A DNA stretch of 64,000 bases from a virus (IMGVR_UViG_3300017766_003232:24922-88921), one strand, 5' to 3'. Positions 36,972 to 47,570 are shown, numbered from the stretch's first letter. Notes: a model not told the origin generated them from the letters alone. Numbers and translations are program-made.

Positions 36972-37268
36972 ATGTGTGAACCATTTGAAATAACAGATTA
37001 TGATAATATACCTCCAGATGTATGTTATAAACTTGTTATATGGAGTTTACAACAAAAATATTCTAATTTGACATACTCTTATTTACAAAATATTCAATTT
37101 GGTAATTTTTGTAATGGTGAATTTGAAAGAGTAAAAATGTTTAAAAGAGCATTAATGGTTTTAAATAGATATGACATTCGTGATATTGTTTCTAATACTA
37201 CAGAATATAATTTAATTACTTATACAGAAATTAAAAAAATTATAAATATTCTTAAAAATAATTACTAA
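36972..37268 (+). CDS. hypothetical tail-region protein
   Basis: 98 aa ORF in operon. Confidence 0.65.
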   Translation: MCEPFEITDYDNIPPDVCYKLVIWSLQQKYSNLTYSYLQNIQFGNFCNGEFERVKMFKRALMVLNRYDIRDIVSNTTEYNLITYTEIKKIINILKNNY

Positions 37269-38920
37269 TGAACAAGATTCCAAAAAGGTTACATAGGGAT
37301 ATAGCAAATGAAGATTCTCAATCTGTAAATTTGTATAAATCATTAGACGATGGTAAACTTTATTACAAAGATATAAATGGTAAAACAATTACTATTTCTA
37401 ATCCTGAGCCAATTAATACTCCTGAATTTAATGTTTATTTTAATCAATTAACTCCAACAACTTTAGGTGTAGTATTTACAAATGTTGATGGTACTCCAGG
37501 ATTAGGTGCACAAGAAAATACATTATATGTATCTTCTATTAACTCAAGTACATGGATTTATTCAAATGGTTCTTATGTAACACCTACAATAACTGATAGC
37601 ACACCTTTTTATATTCAAAATACCACATTAGATGCTGGAGATAATAAAACATTATCTATTTATAGAACTGGTTCTATAGGTATAGGTGGAAGTGCTTTAA
37701 ATACAGATAAATTTGCTGTAATAAACTCAGGTGTTAGAAGTTTAGTTGTTGATGTTAATGGATATGTTTATAACAGAGGTGGAGGTAGTATATCTACCAA
37801 TACAGCATATGGACAAAATGTATTAAAATTAAATACAGCAGGAACATCAAATACTGCAATTGGCTATAATGCATTGAGAGATAATACAGCATCAGCTAAT
37901 ACAGCGGTAGGAACAAACGCTTTATATCAAAATACTACTGGTAGTAATAATGCTAGTATTGGTAGTACATCATTAAGTAGTAATCAAACTGGTGGAAATA
38001 ACACAGCTGTCGGAAGTGGTTCTTTGTCTACTAATATATCTGGTAGTGATAATACATCTGTTGGAACTGGTACTTTATCTGTAAATACTGCAAGTTCAAA
38101 TACTACTGTTGGGTATAGATCTTTATATTTAAATACTACAGGTTCATTAAATGCAGCATTAGGTCACTCGGCATTAAGAAGCAATTCTACAGGCTCAAAT
38201 AATACAAGTTTTGGAGCAAATGCTTTACTAAATCTGACTACAGGTGGAAGCAATACAGCCATAGGGTATGGTGCAGGTTCAGGTATAACTACAGGTTCTA
38301 ATAATACTATTATAGGTGTAGTTTCTGGATTATCTGCAACTTTAGCTAATAATGTTATCGTAGCTGATGGATCAGGAAATGTTAGATTTAAATCTGATTC
38401 TACTGGTGCAATAGCAATAGGAGTAAATAATACATCTGATGGAGTTGCTTCACTTGCTATGGGACAAGGTAGTAATACATTTACTCAATATGGTAGAATA
38501 GCTATTTCTTCTGGAAACATTACTGCTATTGGAGATGTTCAAAAATCTTTTTATATATTAAAAGGTAGATCATCTAGTGCTTCTGCAAAAACATTAACAT
38601 TAGATAATTCATCTTCAGGAATAGTTTTACAAAACAACAATGTGTTTAGATTTAAAGGATCTATTGTAGGTAAACAAACTGGTACAACAAATATTGGAGT
38701 TTGGGATATTGATGGAATTGTAGTTAGAGGTACAAGTGCTGCTACTACAACAATTGTTGGTACACCTACAATAACTTCTATATCAAATTTAAGTACATGG
38801 GGTACACCAACAATAACTGCTGATACTACAAATGGTGGTTTAACTATCAATGTAGTAGGATTAGCTGCAACAAATATTCAATGGATAGCAGATATTCAAA
38901 CATCAGAAATAATTTATTAA
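37268..38920 (+). CDS. tail fibre / receptor-binding protein 1
   Basis: N(T/S)AxGxxAL beta-helix repeats; shared N- and C-terminal domains with 39294. Confidence 0.8.
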   Translation: MNKIPKRLHRDIANEDSQSVNLYKSLDDGKLYYKDINGKTITISNPEPINTPEFNVYFNQLTPTTLGVVFTNVDGTPGLGAQENTLYVSSINSSTWIYSNGSYVTPTITDSTPFYIQNTTLDAGDNKTLSIYRTGSIGIGGSALNTDKFAVINSGVRSLVVDVNGYVYNRGGGSISTNTAYGQNVLKLNTAGTSNTAIGYNALRDNTASANTAVGTNALYQNTTGSNNASIGSTSLSSNQTGGNNTAVGSGSLSTNISGSDNTSVGTGTLSVNTASSNTTVGYRSLYLNTTGSLNAALGHSALRSNSTGSNNTSFGANALLNLTTGGSNTAIGYGAGSGITTGSNNTIIGVVSGLSATLANNVIVADGSGNVRFKSDSTGAIAIGVNNTSDGVASLAMGQGSNTFTQYGRIAISSGNITAIGDVQKSFYILKGRSSSASAKTLTLDNSSSGIVLQNNNVFRFKGSIVGKQTGTTNIGVWDIDGIVVRGTSAATTTIVGTPTITSISNLSTWGTPTITADTTNGGLTINVVGLAATNIQWIADIQTSEIIY

Positions 38921-38932
38921 TAAATAGAAAAT

Positions 38933-39283
38933 ATGAAAATAAAAACATTAGTTGCTGTAAGTTATAATTCTGGAATTGCAAGTCAAGAAACTTCTATTAT
39001 TGAAGGAAAAATAAATTTTGTCTCACATGACTATTTACGAAAAGCATATACTTTTACTTTTCAATATGTAAATGAAAATGGTGAAGTAATTAATACAAAT
39101 AGTTCAAACTTCTCTTTGACTAAAGAAGAAATAGATGCTTTTTATGATGTAGTAAAATCATCAATTCCTAAAAATATAAACTATTTTGAAAATACTGAGT
39201 ATATTTACTACCTTGGTTTTAAAATAGAAATGGCAAAAACTTTTGGAATTAATGTAAGCAACATTGAAATTATAACAAATTAA
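38933..39283 (+). CDS. fibre-associated small protein (chaperone candidate), paralog of 41103
   Basis: clear sequence similarity to 41103-41450 throughout. Confidence 0.7.
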   Translation: MKIKTLVAVSYNSGIASQETSIIEGKINFVSHDYLRKAYTFTFQYVNENGEVINTNSSNFSLTKEEIDAFYDVVKSSIPKNINYFENTEYIYYLGFKIEMAKTFGINVSNIEIITN

Positions 39284-39293
39284 AATTATTGTA

Positions 39294-41090
39294 ATGACTA
39301 AGATTCCAAAACGATTGCACAAAGAAATTCCAAATGAAGATTCTCAATTTATATCAATGTATAAATCTTTGGAAGATGGAAAAATATATTACAAAGATGC
39401 AAATGGACAAATTATAAGTATATTAGATTCAAAAAATAGTGGTTCTGGTTCTGGTGGATCATTAACTTATTTTTTAGAATCACAAAATACAACTGCTCCA
39501 AATACATCTATTAATGCAAATGCTTTAAATTCTGTTGCAACAACTACAAATGCTGATTTTACAATTGTTCCAAAAGGAACAGGTGCTTTTCAATTAGCTA
39601 TTCCAAATAACTTAACAAGTGGTGGAAATAAAAGAGGATTGTATGCTGTAGATTTACAATTATTTAGAACAGTTAATTCACAAATAGCAAGTGGTAATTA
39701 TTCATTTATAGGTGGTGGAAAAGGCAATAGATCTTCTAATGATTCATCTTTTACTTTAGGAGCTTGGAATGTTGCTAATGGATTAGCTTCAGGATCAATA
39801 GGTCTTGGTAACTACTCAGAACAAAAAGGAGATATTGCAATCGGTACATTTAATTTAGCTGGTGCAAAGAAAGTAGATTTTTATAATGTTGGTGGTGTAT
39901 ATTACAATGCATCATTAAAAACAATGTATGTGACAGGAGATGTTACAGCATATTCTACTTTAGGTTCGACAATAGTTTGGATGCATTCAAATAACTATGC
40001 ATTATATACATCAGTTGTTGTATCTTCTACTTACAACGGAAGTACATATACATCTATTGTGATAACAGAAGATCCTTCAGGAGGTGTTAATGATACATTT
40101 TTGTATGATTATGGATTCTTAATAACAGAAAAAAGTACAGATGCATATCCATCAGGAAGACTAGCACAAGGATCAATTAATATTGCCTGGGGAAGACGTT
40201 CTCACGCAGAAGGATATTATACTCAAGCAATAGGAAGAACAGCTCACTCAGAAGGTCATCAAACAATAGCAACTGGTGTAGGTTCACATACAGAAGGTTT
40301 TAACACTGCAACCAATGGACAAGGCTCACACGCTGAAGGATATTTGTCAACATCAAATGGTAATTACTCTCATGCAGAAGGTCAAAGTACAATTTCATCA
40401 GGTGTAGGATCACACGCAGAAGGACTTTCAACTACTTCTTCAGGAAACTATTCTCACGCTGAAGGATACAATAATACATCATCTGGATTATACTCAAAAG
40501 CTAGTGGACAAAGTTCTACAGCATCAGGTACAAATGCAATGGTGCATGGAAATGCATCTGGAGCATATGCGAATTCTGCAATAGTATTAGGAGATAGATC
40601 AACTGCAAATGCTATAAATACATTCGTTACAGGAGATGGAGCTAATACATTTTCAGTTATTAATAGAAGAGTTCATGGTAATGGATATTATACAACATCA
40701 GGTGATTCTCAATGTTCAAAGTTTTTATTAAAAGCAAGAACAACAGATGCAGCATCAACAGCGTTGACAACAAATGCAGCGGTAGTTTCAACAAATAATC
40801 AAATTGTTGCTCAAATAAATCAAGCTGTTTCTTTTAAAGGAAGAATAATAGGAAAACAATCAGGAGTTACAAATGTTGGAATATGGGATATTGAAGGAAC
40901 AATTGTAAGAAGTTCTGTTGGATCAGATTCATTTATTGGAACACCAACTGTTACAACTATATCTAATTTAAACGGATGGGGGAATCCTACAATATCACTT
41001 AATATTGGAGTTCAAATATCAGTACAAGGATTAGCAGGTACAAATATACAATGGTTAGCAAACATAGATACAACAGAAGTACTATATTAA
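39294..41090 (+). CDS. tail fibre / receptor-binding protein 2
   Basis: eight or so SHAEG-type 14-aa repeats (YadA-head-like); shared termini with 37268. Confidence 0.82.
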   Translation: MTKIPKRLHKEIPNEDSQFISMYKSLEDGKIYYKDANGQIISILDSKNSGSGSGGSLTYFLESQNTTAPNTSINANALNSVATTTNADFTIVPKGTGAFQLAIPNNLTSGGNKRGLYAVDLQLFRTVNSQIASGNYSFIGGGKGNRSSNDSSFTLGAWNVANGLASGSIGLGNYSEQKGDIAIGTFNLAGAKKVDFYNVGGVYYNASLKTMYVTGDVTAYSTLGSTIVWMHSNNYALYTSVVVSSTYNGSTYTSIVITEDPSGGVNDTFLYDYGFLITEKSTDAYPSGRLAQGSINIAWGRRSHAEGYYTQAIGRTAHSEGHQTIATGVGSHTEGFNTATNGQGSHAEGYLSTSNGNYSHAEGQSTISSGVGSHAEGLSTTSSGNYSHAEGYNNTSSGLYSKASGQSSTASGTNAMVHGNASGAYANSAIVLGDRSTANAINTFVTGDGANTFSVINRRVHGNGYYTTSGDSQCSKFLLKARTTDAASTALTTNAAVVSTNNQIVAQINQAVSFKGRIIGKQSGVTNVGIWDIEGTIVRSSVGSDSFIGTPTVTTISNLNGWGNPTISLNIGVQISVQGLAGTNIQWLANIDTTEVLY

Positions 41091-41102
41091 AAAATAATAA
41101 TT

Positions 41103-41450
41103 ATGAAGATTAAAACTAAAATACCAGTAACTTATAACAATGGGTTTTCTAATCAAGAAACAGGAATTGTAACAGGAGAAATTATGATTTGTATGCAAGA
41201 TTACTTATCTAAAAATTATAATTTCAATTTTCAATATTTAAATGAAAATGGAATGGTTATAAATACTATGTCATCAAATTTTATATTGACAAAAGATGAA
41301 GTTAATGAACTTTATAATTCAATAAAATCTTCTATTCCTAAAAATTTAGAACATTTTGAAACAATTGAATTAATTTATAACATTGGTTTCAAAGTAAAAA
41401 TGGCAGAAACTTTTGGTATCACTATAAATGATATTGAAACAATTAACTAA
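41103..41450 (+). CDS. fibre-associated small protein (chaperone candidate), paralog of 38933
   Basis: MKIKT..V.YN.G...QET.I..G...DYL.K.Y.F.FQY.NENG motif shared. Confidence 0.7.
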   Translation: MKIKTKIPVTYNNGFSNQETGIVTGEIMICMQDYLSKNYNFNFQYLNENGMVINTMSSNFILTKDEVNELYNSIKSSIPKNLEHFETIELIYNIGFKVKMAETFGITINDIETIN

Positions 41451-41453
41451 AAA

Positions 41454-42116
41454 ATGTTTGATTTTCTTACTCATATAAATTTACCTCCATATTTACTTTT
41501 TATAGTAATAATTTTTGGTATTTTAATTTATTATTTTCATAAAGATATATCCAAGTTACTTTGGAAAAATAAAATTAAAGAAGACATAAAAGATTTAAAA
41601 TGTCATAATATATTTTCTACTTTAGAAAGGGTAAAAAAAGAAGTATTTTTTATGAAGTTTTACACTCATGGTGAATATGATGCAGTTAAAACAAGAATGT
41701 GTATAGATTTCACTAATTTTAAATGTGATATATGTACTACTTATTTTACTGAATTTTTAGATAATGATCTTGAAAATATATCTTTTGATGAATTAAAATT
41801 ATTAGTATTAAAAGAAATGAATGCCATGCATTCAGCTTATATAAAGGCAACTAAGAATCATTGGTTAAATTGTAATATAAATTCTGAAGATGCATCTTAT
41901 ATAATAGAATTATTTGAAAAATTTAGATATGATGTTGTTGTAAGTTTTCAACATAGAATAGATTCAATTTTTGCTTGTACTCATCATAAGTCTAATTTTG
42001 AAAAGATTTTGGCTTGTTATGAGATGTTTGCAATGGGTATAGATTTATTACCAAAAGATATGCAAACAACATTTGAAGCATTAAATGGTAAATTCAAAAA
42101 AATAAATTATAATTGA
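41454..42116 (+). CDS. hypothetical protein with N-terminal TM helix
   Basis: PYLLFIVIIFGILIYYF segment. Confidence 0.65.
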   Translation: MFDFLTHINLPPYLLFIVIIFGILIYYFHKDISKLLWKNKIKEDIKDLKCHNIFSTLERVKKEVFFMKFYTHGEYDAVKTRMCIDFTNFKCDICTTYFTEFLDNDLENISFDELKLLVLKEMNAMHSAYIKATKNHWLNCNINSEDASYIIELFEKFRYDVVVSFQHRIDSIFACTHHKSNFEKILACYEMFAMGIDLLPKDMQTTFEALNGKFKKINYN

Positions 42117-42145
42117 TAATTAAATTAATTAATTAATTTTGTAAA

Positions 42146-42535
42146 ATGGATACTACAATAATAGGAATTAAAGGAATTAAAGCTGATGTTACAGGTCAAA
42201 ATGAATTGCTTGTAAAAGTTGGTGATTCTGGAAACATTGCTTCTGAAACTACTACGCAATCTATACTTGATGAAGTCACTATTATAGCAAATAATAGTGA
42301 CTCATTAAGAGTTCCAAATATGATTAGGGTTTCTACATCAGGAACTATTCCTGGTAATCCTCATTCTGTATCTTTTGCAAATGTTGGAAATTTAAATGTT
42401 ACGGTTTTAGGAGCAACATTAAAACCTGCAGAAACAGTTAGTTTTGATGCTGGTGGAATGAATAATAGATTTTCTACTAGCACACTTACTTACGATAGTA
42501 CAGGTTCTGAATTATTAATTATATACATTAGTTAA
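42146..42535 (+). CDS. hypothetical structural protein
   Basis: 129 aa beta-rich ORF. Confidence 0.6.
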   Translation: MDTTIIGIKGIKADVTGQNELLVKVGDSGNIASETTTQSILDEVTIIANNSDSLRVPNMIRVSTSGTIPGNPHSVSFANVGNLNVTVLGATLKPAETVSFDAGGMNNRFSTSTLTYDSTGSELLIIYIS

Positions 42536-42537
42536 AA

Positions 42538-44988
42538 ATGAGTACAGAAATATCATTAGGTGGTGGAGGTGGTGGATCTTCAAGTGCTCCTATTGTAGTT
42601 GCAAATTATAGTGCATTACCAGCAGCAACATCTGCTGGAGGTACATTTTATTGGTGTTCTGCTTCTCAAGGTACAGCATGGCTTCCAGGTTCATTAGGAG
42701 GAACTTATTATCCTAGTGGTATGTATTACTCAAATGGAACTACTTGGGAATTTATGAATGTTCCTTATCAAGCTACTCAGTCTGAGGTAAATACAGGAAC
42801 AAATACAGATAAGTTTGTAACTCCTGAAACTTTTACAAATGCGAGTAAATGGTCTACTTATTTAGATAAAGCTACATATGATTCAGATAATGATGGAGTA
42901 GTAGATTCTTCTGAAAGAGAGCAAGTGCAAGTAATTAATAAAACAGGAGCTACTCTTACAAAAGGTACTATTGTTTATATTAAAACATCATCTTCAAGTG
43001 CTAGTTACCCAGAGGTATTAAAAGCTAATGCAAGTACTGAAGCAACATCAAGCAAAACTATAGGTGCAATCTATGAAAATATTTTAGATGGTGCAGTAGG
43101 TTATATAATTACAAGTGGTCAGGTTCATAACCTAAATACATCTGCTTATAATATAGGAGATAGATTATGGTTATCTACAACAGATGGTTTAGTTACAACA
43201 ACACCACCATCAGAGCCTAATCATACAGTATTCATTGGACACGTAACAAGAAGTCAAACAACTAATGGTAGAATACTTTATGCTATTCAAAATGGATATG
43301 AATTAGATGAATTACATGGAGTAAGTGTACCTTCTCCATCAAACAACAATGTTTTATACTTTGATAATGCTACAGGTCTATGGAAAGATAAAGCATTAAG
43401 CACATCAGATATTAGTGATATACAAATAACATCTCCTATTGTAAATCAATTATTACAATGGAACGGAAGTAAGTGGATAAATGCTTCATCATCTGTAGTA
43501 AATGCAGGACCAGGCGTTATTTACTTTTTAACTAATGTTTCAGCAGGTTTTGGAACATACGAATATATGTCTAAAACTCCTGATGCTCTTGCAGAAATAG
43601 AAGAAACAGTAGTTGTTAATGCAAACACAATATTAATACATGAGTATATTTCTGATGTTACGATAAACAAAACAATTATTGATGCTGGTATTTGGGAATT
43701 TAATTTCTTTGGATACGTAAATACATTAAATGCTAATTTTGTAATAGATACTTACAAAAGAACATCAGGTGGTGCAGAGACATTATTGTTTTCAGTAGAA
43801 ACAGATATAATAAATTGGTTAACTCCAGATTTATCAAATTCTACTACTGTACAACAAGCTTTTGCTTGTAATGCTACTGATTCGTTAGTTATTAAAATTT
43901 ATGGTAAAACTACACAAACAAGTAATGTAACTCTTAAACTTGTACATTCAGGTACTACTCACTATTCTCACTTACATACTCCTTTAACATTAGCTCACAA
44001 TGATATTGCTGGTTTACAAGGTGGTGCATCAGGAGAATATTTCCATTTAAACTCTAGTGATAATACTAAAATAACAGGGTGGACAGCAAGTGGTATACCA
44101 GATGCTGATATACAATCTGCTACAACTTGGAACGATAAAGCTAATACAGCTTCACCTGCATTTACAGGAATACCTACTGCTCCAACAGCATCACCTCTTA
44201 CAAATACAACACAAATAGCTACTACAGAATATGTTGATACAGCATTATCTGCTTTAGGTGGTGAGTTTATACCTGCTCTACCAGTCACATCTTACCCACA
44301 AGGATATTATGCAAATAATGGTTCGGCAACATTATCAGTTATGGGTAACGTTTCTGCAGCTTCAATTTCAGGAACTGCAGCCTTAAACTCAATAGCTGGT
44401 ACAAATACACTAACAAGAACGGTAAGAGTTACTATACCAACATCTTCAACAGCAGGAGCTAAAGCAGGTATTCGTACAGCTACATTACGACATTCAGTAG
44501 GGCAAGGATTTTTATTTTCTGTTTGTTGGGCTATCCAAGATGCAGCTTATGTAGCAGGTGCAAAACAATTTCATGGCTTATTGCCTATCACTACATTAGG
44601 TACTTTATCAAATACAGTTGATAATTCATCATTAATTAACTTCATTGGTGTTGGTTCAGATGCAGCAGATTTAAACTTACAAGTATTTTATAATGATGCT
44701 ACTGGCACTGCTTCTAAAATTGATTTAGGTCCTAACTTTCCTGCAAATAGAACAGCAGGGGCGGCTATAAATAATGTTTACGTATTTGAGATGTACAATG
44801 CACCAGCAACAACAACAGTTAAATATAGAATAACGGAGCGTTCAACTGGAAATACAGCACAAGGTGAAATAACAACTGATCTACCTGATGCTACTATTTT
44901 ATTAGGTTCACAAGCAATTAGAACAAACGGAGCAAGTACAGTAGCTACAAGTACTCAATGGTCACATTTAGTAGGTTATATTATATAA
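42538..44988 (+). CDS. tail fibre / mosaic adhesin 3
   Basis: ASPAFTGIPTAPTA...TTQIATTEYVD phage fibre repeat; LNTSAYNIGDRLWLS...GYELDELHGV module. Confidence 0.78.
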   Translation: MSTEISLGGGGGGSSSAPIVVANYSALPAATSAGGTFYWCSASQGTAWLPGSLGGTYYPSGMYYSNGTTWEFMNVPYQATQSEVNTGTNTDKFVTPETFTNASKWSTYLDKATYDSDNDGVVDSSEREQVQVINKTGATLTKGTIVYIKTSSSSASYPEVLKANASTEATSSKTIGAIYENILDGAVGYIITSGQVHNLNTSAYNIGDRLWLSTTDGLVTTTPPSEPNHTVFIGHVTRSQTTNGRILYAIQNGYELDELHGVSVPSPSNNNVLYFDNATGLWKDKALSTSDISDIQITSPIVNQLLQWNGSKWINASSSVVNAGPGVIYFLTNVSAGFGTYEYMSKTPDALAEIEETVVVNANTILIHEYISDVTINKTIIDAGIWEFNFFGYVNTLNANFVIDTYKRTSGGAETLLFSVETDIINWLTPDLSNSTTVQQAFACNATDSLVIKIYGKTTQTSNVTLKLVHSGTTHYSHLHTPLTLAHNDIAGLQGGASGEYFHLNSSDNTKITGWTASGIPDADIQSATTWNDKANTASPAFTGIPTAPTASPLTNTTQIATTEYVDTALSALGGEFIPALPVTSYPQGYYANNGSATLSVMGNVSAASISGTAALNSIAGTNTLTRTVRVTIPTSSTAGAKAGIRTATLRHSVGQGFLFSVCWAIQDAAYVAGAKQFHGLLPITTLGTLSNTVDNSSLINFIGVGSDAADLNLQVFYNDATGTASKIDLGPNFPANRTAGAAINNVYVFEMYNAPATTTVKYRITERSTGNTAQGEITTDLPDATILLGSQAIRTNGASTVATSTQWSHLVGYII

Positions 44989-45006
44989 TAAATTATTATT
45001 TATAAA

Positions 45007-45552
45007 ATGAAAATTTCAATTTTATTTTCAATACTATTTCTAATATTATCATGTTCTGTAACACAAAGAGCAAATAGACATTTAAAACGTGCTATTAAAT
45101 TAGATCCTACAATTGTTCATATTACACATGATACTATCATAAAAACTATTTCTGATACTGGAAATTTATATTTTTATGGAGATACAATAGTTGAAAATAA
45201 TCTTGTATTTATTAGTGTAAAACATGAAGGATTAAAAACTAATTTATATTGGTTTCTTAAATCTATAAATATTGAAGTACCAGTAGAAAATACAACAATT
45301 ATTCCACCTCTTTCTAACAAAGAAATTAGATGGAAATATAAAACTAAAATTCAATATATTAAACAAAAAGGTAAAACGGAAAGAGTTGAAATTCGACAAA
45401 CAAATAAGTCTGAAAGAAAAAAACTAGTAGTTGCTAAAAAGAAATATTTTAATTGGTTTTTTATAGGTATTATTATTGGAATATTAATAGGATTAGTTTT
45501 ATATAAAACATTAAGTTTTTATATGAAAAAATTGCTTAATACAACTAATTAA
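45007..45552 (+). CDS. unimolecular spanin candidate
   Basis: lipobox ILSC at N-terminus plus C-terminal TM (WFFIGIIIGILIGLVLY); next to holin. Confidence 0.7.
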   Translation: MKISILFSILFLILSCSVTQRANRHLKRAIKLDPTIVHITHDTIIKTISDTGNLYFYGDTIVENNLVFISVKHEGLKTNLYWFLKSINIEVPVENTTIIPPLSNKEIRWKYKTKIQYIKQKGKTERVEIRQTNKSERKKLVVAKKKYFNWFFIGIIIGILIGLVLYKTLSFYMKKLLNTTN

Positions 45553-45584
45553 TTAATTTTGTTAAAAGTTTAATATAAAAAGTC

Positions 45585-46112
45585 ATGAAGATTTATAACA
45601 TAGCAAAATTAAGTGGGTATGATAGTACTGAACATTTTTTGAACAGTACATTTCATCCAGAAAATTTTCAAGTAGTTATGTGGTTAACAGGAATCTTTGG
45701 AACATTAGGTTATATTTTTAAAATAATCTTTGGTGTAGACTTACCTGTTGGTATTTCAATCTTTTTACTTTTTACGTTAGAAATGTATACAGGCATAAAA
45801 GCTTCTAAAAAAGATGGTCAAAAATTTTCATCTGATAAGTTTCAAAAAGGATGGTTAAAACTTGGAATTTATATGATTATGATTGGTTGTTCAAATGCTT
45901 TTGCTAAACATATTCCTCAACCAAGTATTATAGGAATTTCATTTGATATTTACGAATGGTTGCATTATGCTTTTTATAATTATGTAATTTTACAATTAAT
46001 CATTTCAAATTTAGAAAATTTTGGTAGATTAGGATGGGATGAATATCTTCCTATTTTAAAAAAACTTACAAAAGTTTTAAATATAAAATCTAAAAAAAAT
46101 GAAAACAGCTAA
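45585..46112 (+). CDS. holin
   Basis: 3-4 TM segments; LEMYTGIKASKK...FSSDKFQKGWLKL...SNLENF pattern of phage holin family 4-like proteins. Confidence 0.78.
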   Translation: MKIYNIAKLSGYDSTEHFLNSTFHPENFQVVMWLTGIFGTLGYIFKIIFGVDLPVGISIFLLFTLEMYTGIKASKKDGQKFSSDKFQKGWLKLGIYMIMIGCSNAFAKHIPQPSIIGISFDIYEWLHYAFYNYVILQLIISNLENFGRLGWDEYLPILKKLTKVLNIKSKKNENS

Positions 46113-47016
46113 TATTCTATCAATCAATGGAGGTGGTATCCGAGGATTAATTGCATTACAACAATTAGTTGAATTTGAAAAAATAATAAAAGGACCAATA
46201 TCTTCACGATTTGATTATATTGCTGGTACATCAACTGGAGGAATAATAGCAGTACTTCTTTCTATAGGATATTCTGCTGAAGAATTACTTAACATTTACA
46301 CAAAATTTGGAGATAAAATTTTTGAAAAAAAGTTTTTAAGATTTGGTTTATTCCGACCTAAATATGATGATTGTGCATTTAATGAAATCATCAAGTCGTA
46401 CACTAAAGACAATAAGTTATCCAATTGTAAAACATCTGTTTTAATTCCTGCTTACAACGTATCAAATGATACATTAAAGTTGTTTAAATTTAACAAGGCA
46501 AAACAAATTGAAAAAGATTATTTTTTATCTGATGTTATTAGAGCAACAGCTTCTGCTCCATCTTTTTTTAAACCATGGGAAATAGATGGTCAAAAATATG
46601 TAGATGGTGGGTTAGTAGTTAACAATCCTGCTCAAATGACAATGTTAGAAGCAATGAAAGATGGATATGAAAAATTCAATATCCTATCATTTTCTACTGG
46701 TGCAAATGAAAAACCTTTACCAAGAAAAGTAATTAAAGGAGGAATGTTAAATTGGGCAAAGCCAACTGTAGATATTCTATTAACAGAAATGGATCAAACT
46801 ACAGATTATGAATTAGAAAAATTATTTGAAAATTCTATTACATTTGCAGGAAAAAGAATAGGAATGTATATCAGATGTGAATCATTAATAAGTAAATCAT
46901 CTGGAGAAATTGATGATGTGTCAATAGAAAATATACAAAATATGATTGATGATGGTATACAATCTGCTAAAATCAATAAAGAAAAAATGAGAGCATTTCA
47001 CATAAACACGTTATAA
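46099..47016 (+). CDS. patatin-like phospholipase
   Basis: GGGIRG oxyanion loop, GTSTG (GxSxG) nucleophile, DGG catalytic Asp. Confidence 0.92.
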   Translation: MKTANILSINGGGIRGLIALQQLVEFEKIIKGPISSRFDYIAGTSTGGIIAVLLSIGYSAEELLNIYTKFGDKIFEKKFLRFGLFRPKYDDCAFNEIIKSYTKDNKLSNCKTSVLIPAYNVSNDTLKLFKFNKAKQIEKDYFLSDVIRATASAPSFFKPWEIDGQKYVDGGLVVNNPAQMTMLEAMKDGYEKFNILSFSTGANEKPLPRKVIKGGMLNWAKPTVDILLTEMDQTTDYELEKLFENSITFAGKRIGMYIRCESLISKSSGEIDDVSIENIQNMIDDGIQSAKINKEKMRAFHINTL

Positions 47017-47510
47017 TGAAAACAGGAGAAAAAGGAATTGACTTAATAAAAATGTTTGAATCTTTACACGATGGAGATTTAAAACAAATTGGTTTACAAC
47101 CTAAAATGTGTCCAGCTCAAATATGGACAGAAGGATATGGTAGAGCAATGAGAAATTTAAAAGGTGGATTTATTAAAGGTGCTGAAAACAAAGCATTAGC
47201 ATATTCAAGAATTTCTATTCACACAGAAGCAGAAGCAGTAAAAGCATTATCTCAAGATTTAATAACATATGAAAGAATTGTTTTATCTAAAGTAAAAGTT
47301 GAATTAACTCAAAATCAATTTGATGCATTAGTATCTTATACTTACAACACAGGTGGTTCTCAAACATTATTTAATTTAATAAATAAAAATGCACCAGCAG
47401 ATCAAATAAAATGGTGGTTTGAAAATAAATTTATTACTGGTGGTGGTAAACTATTAGCAGGTTTGGTTAGAAGAAGAAAAACAGAATGTGCTTTGTTTTT
47501 TACTAAATAA
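47016..47510 (+). CDS. endolysin, GH24 lysozyme
   Basis: FESL...CPAQIWTEGYG...QNQFDALVSYTYNTG...GLVRRRKTECALF. Confidence 0.9.
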   Translation: MKTGEKGIDLIKMFESLHDGDLKQIGLQPKMCPAQIWTEGYGRAMRNLKGGFIKGAENKALAYSRISIHTEAEAVKALSQDLITYERIVLSKVKVELTQNQFDALVSYTYNTGGSQTLFNLINKNAPADQIKWWFENKFITGGGKLLAGLVRRRKTECALFFTK

Positions 47511-47540
47511 TTTGTTCTAAATATCCTTAGAACCTTTTAA

Positions 47541-47570
47541 GCTCCTACTTTGATCACGTAGGAGTTTTTT
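47541..47570 (+). terminator. intrinsic terminator ending the lysis cassette
   Basis: GCTCCTAC / GTAGGAGT stem followed by a T-run. Confidence 0.85.

Noticed and set aside
37268-44988. Diversity-generating retroelement or shufflon acting on the fibres
   Set aside because: No reverse transcriptase or recombinase gene, no near-identical TR/VR pair differing at adenines, and no inverted crossover repeats seen
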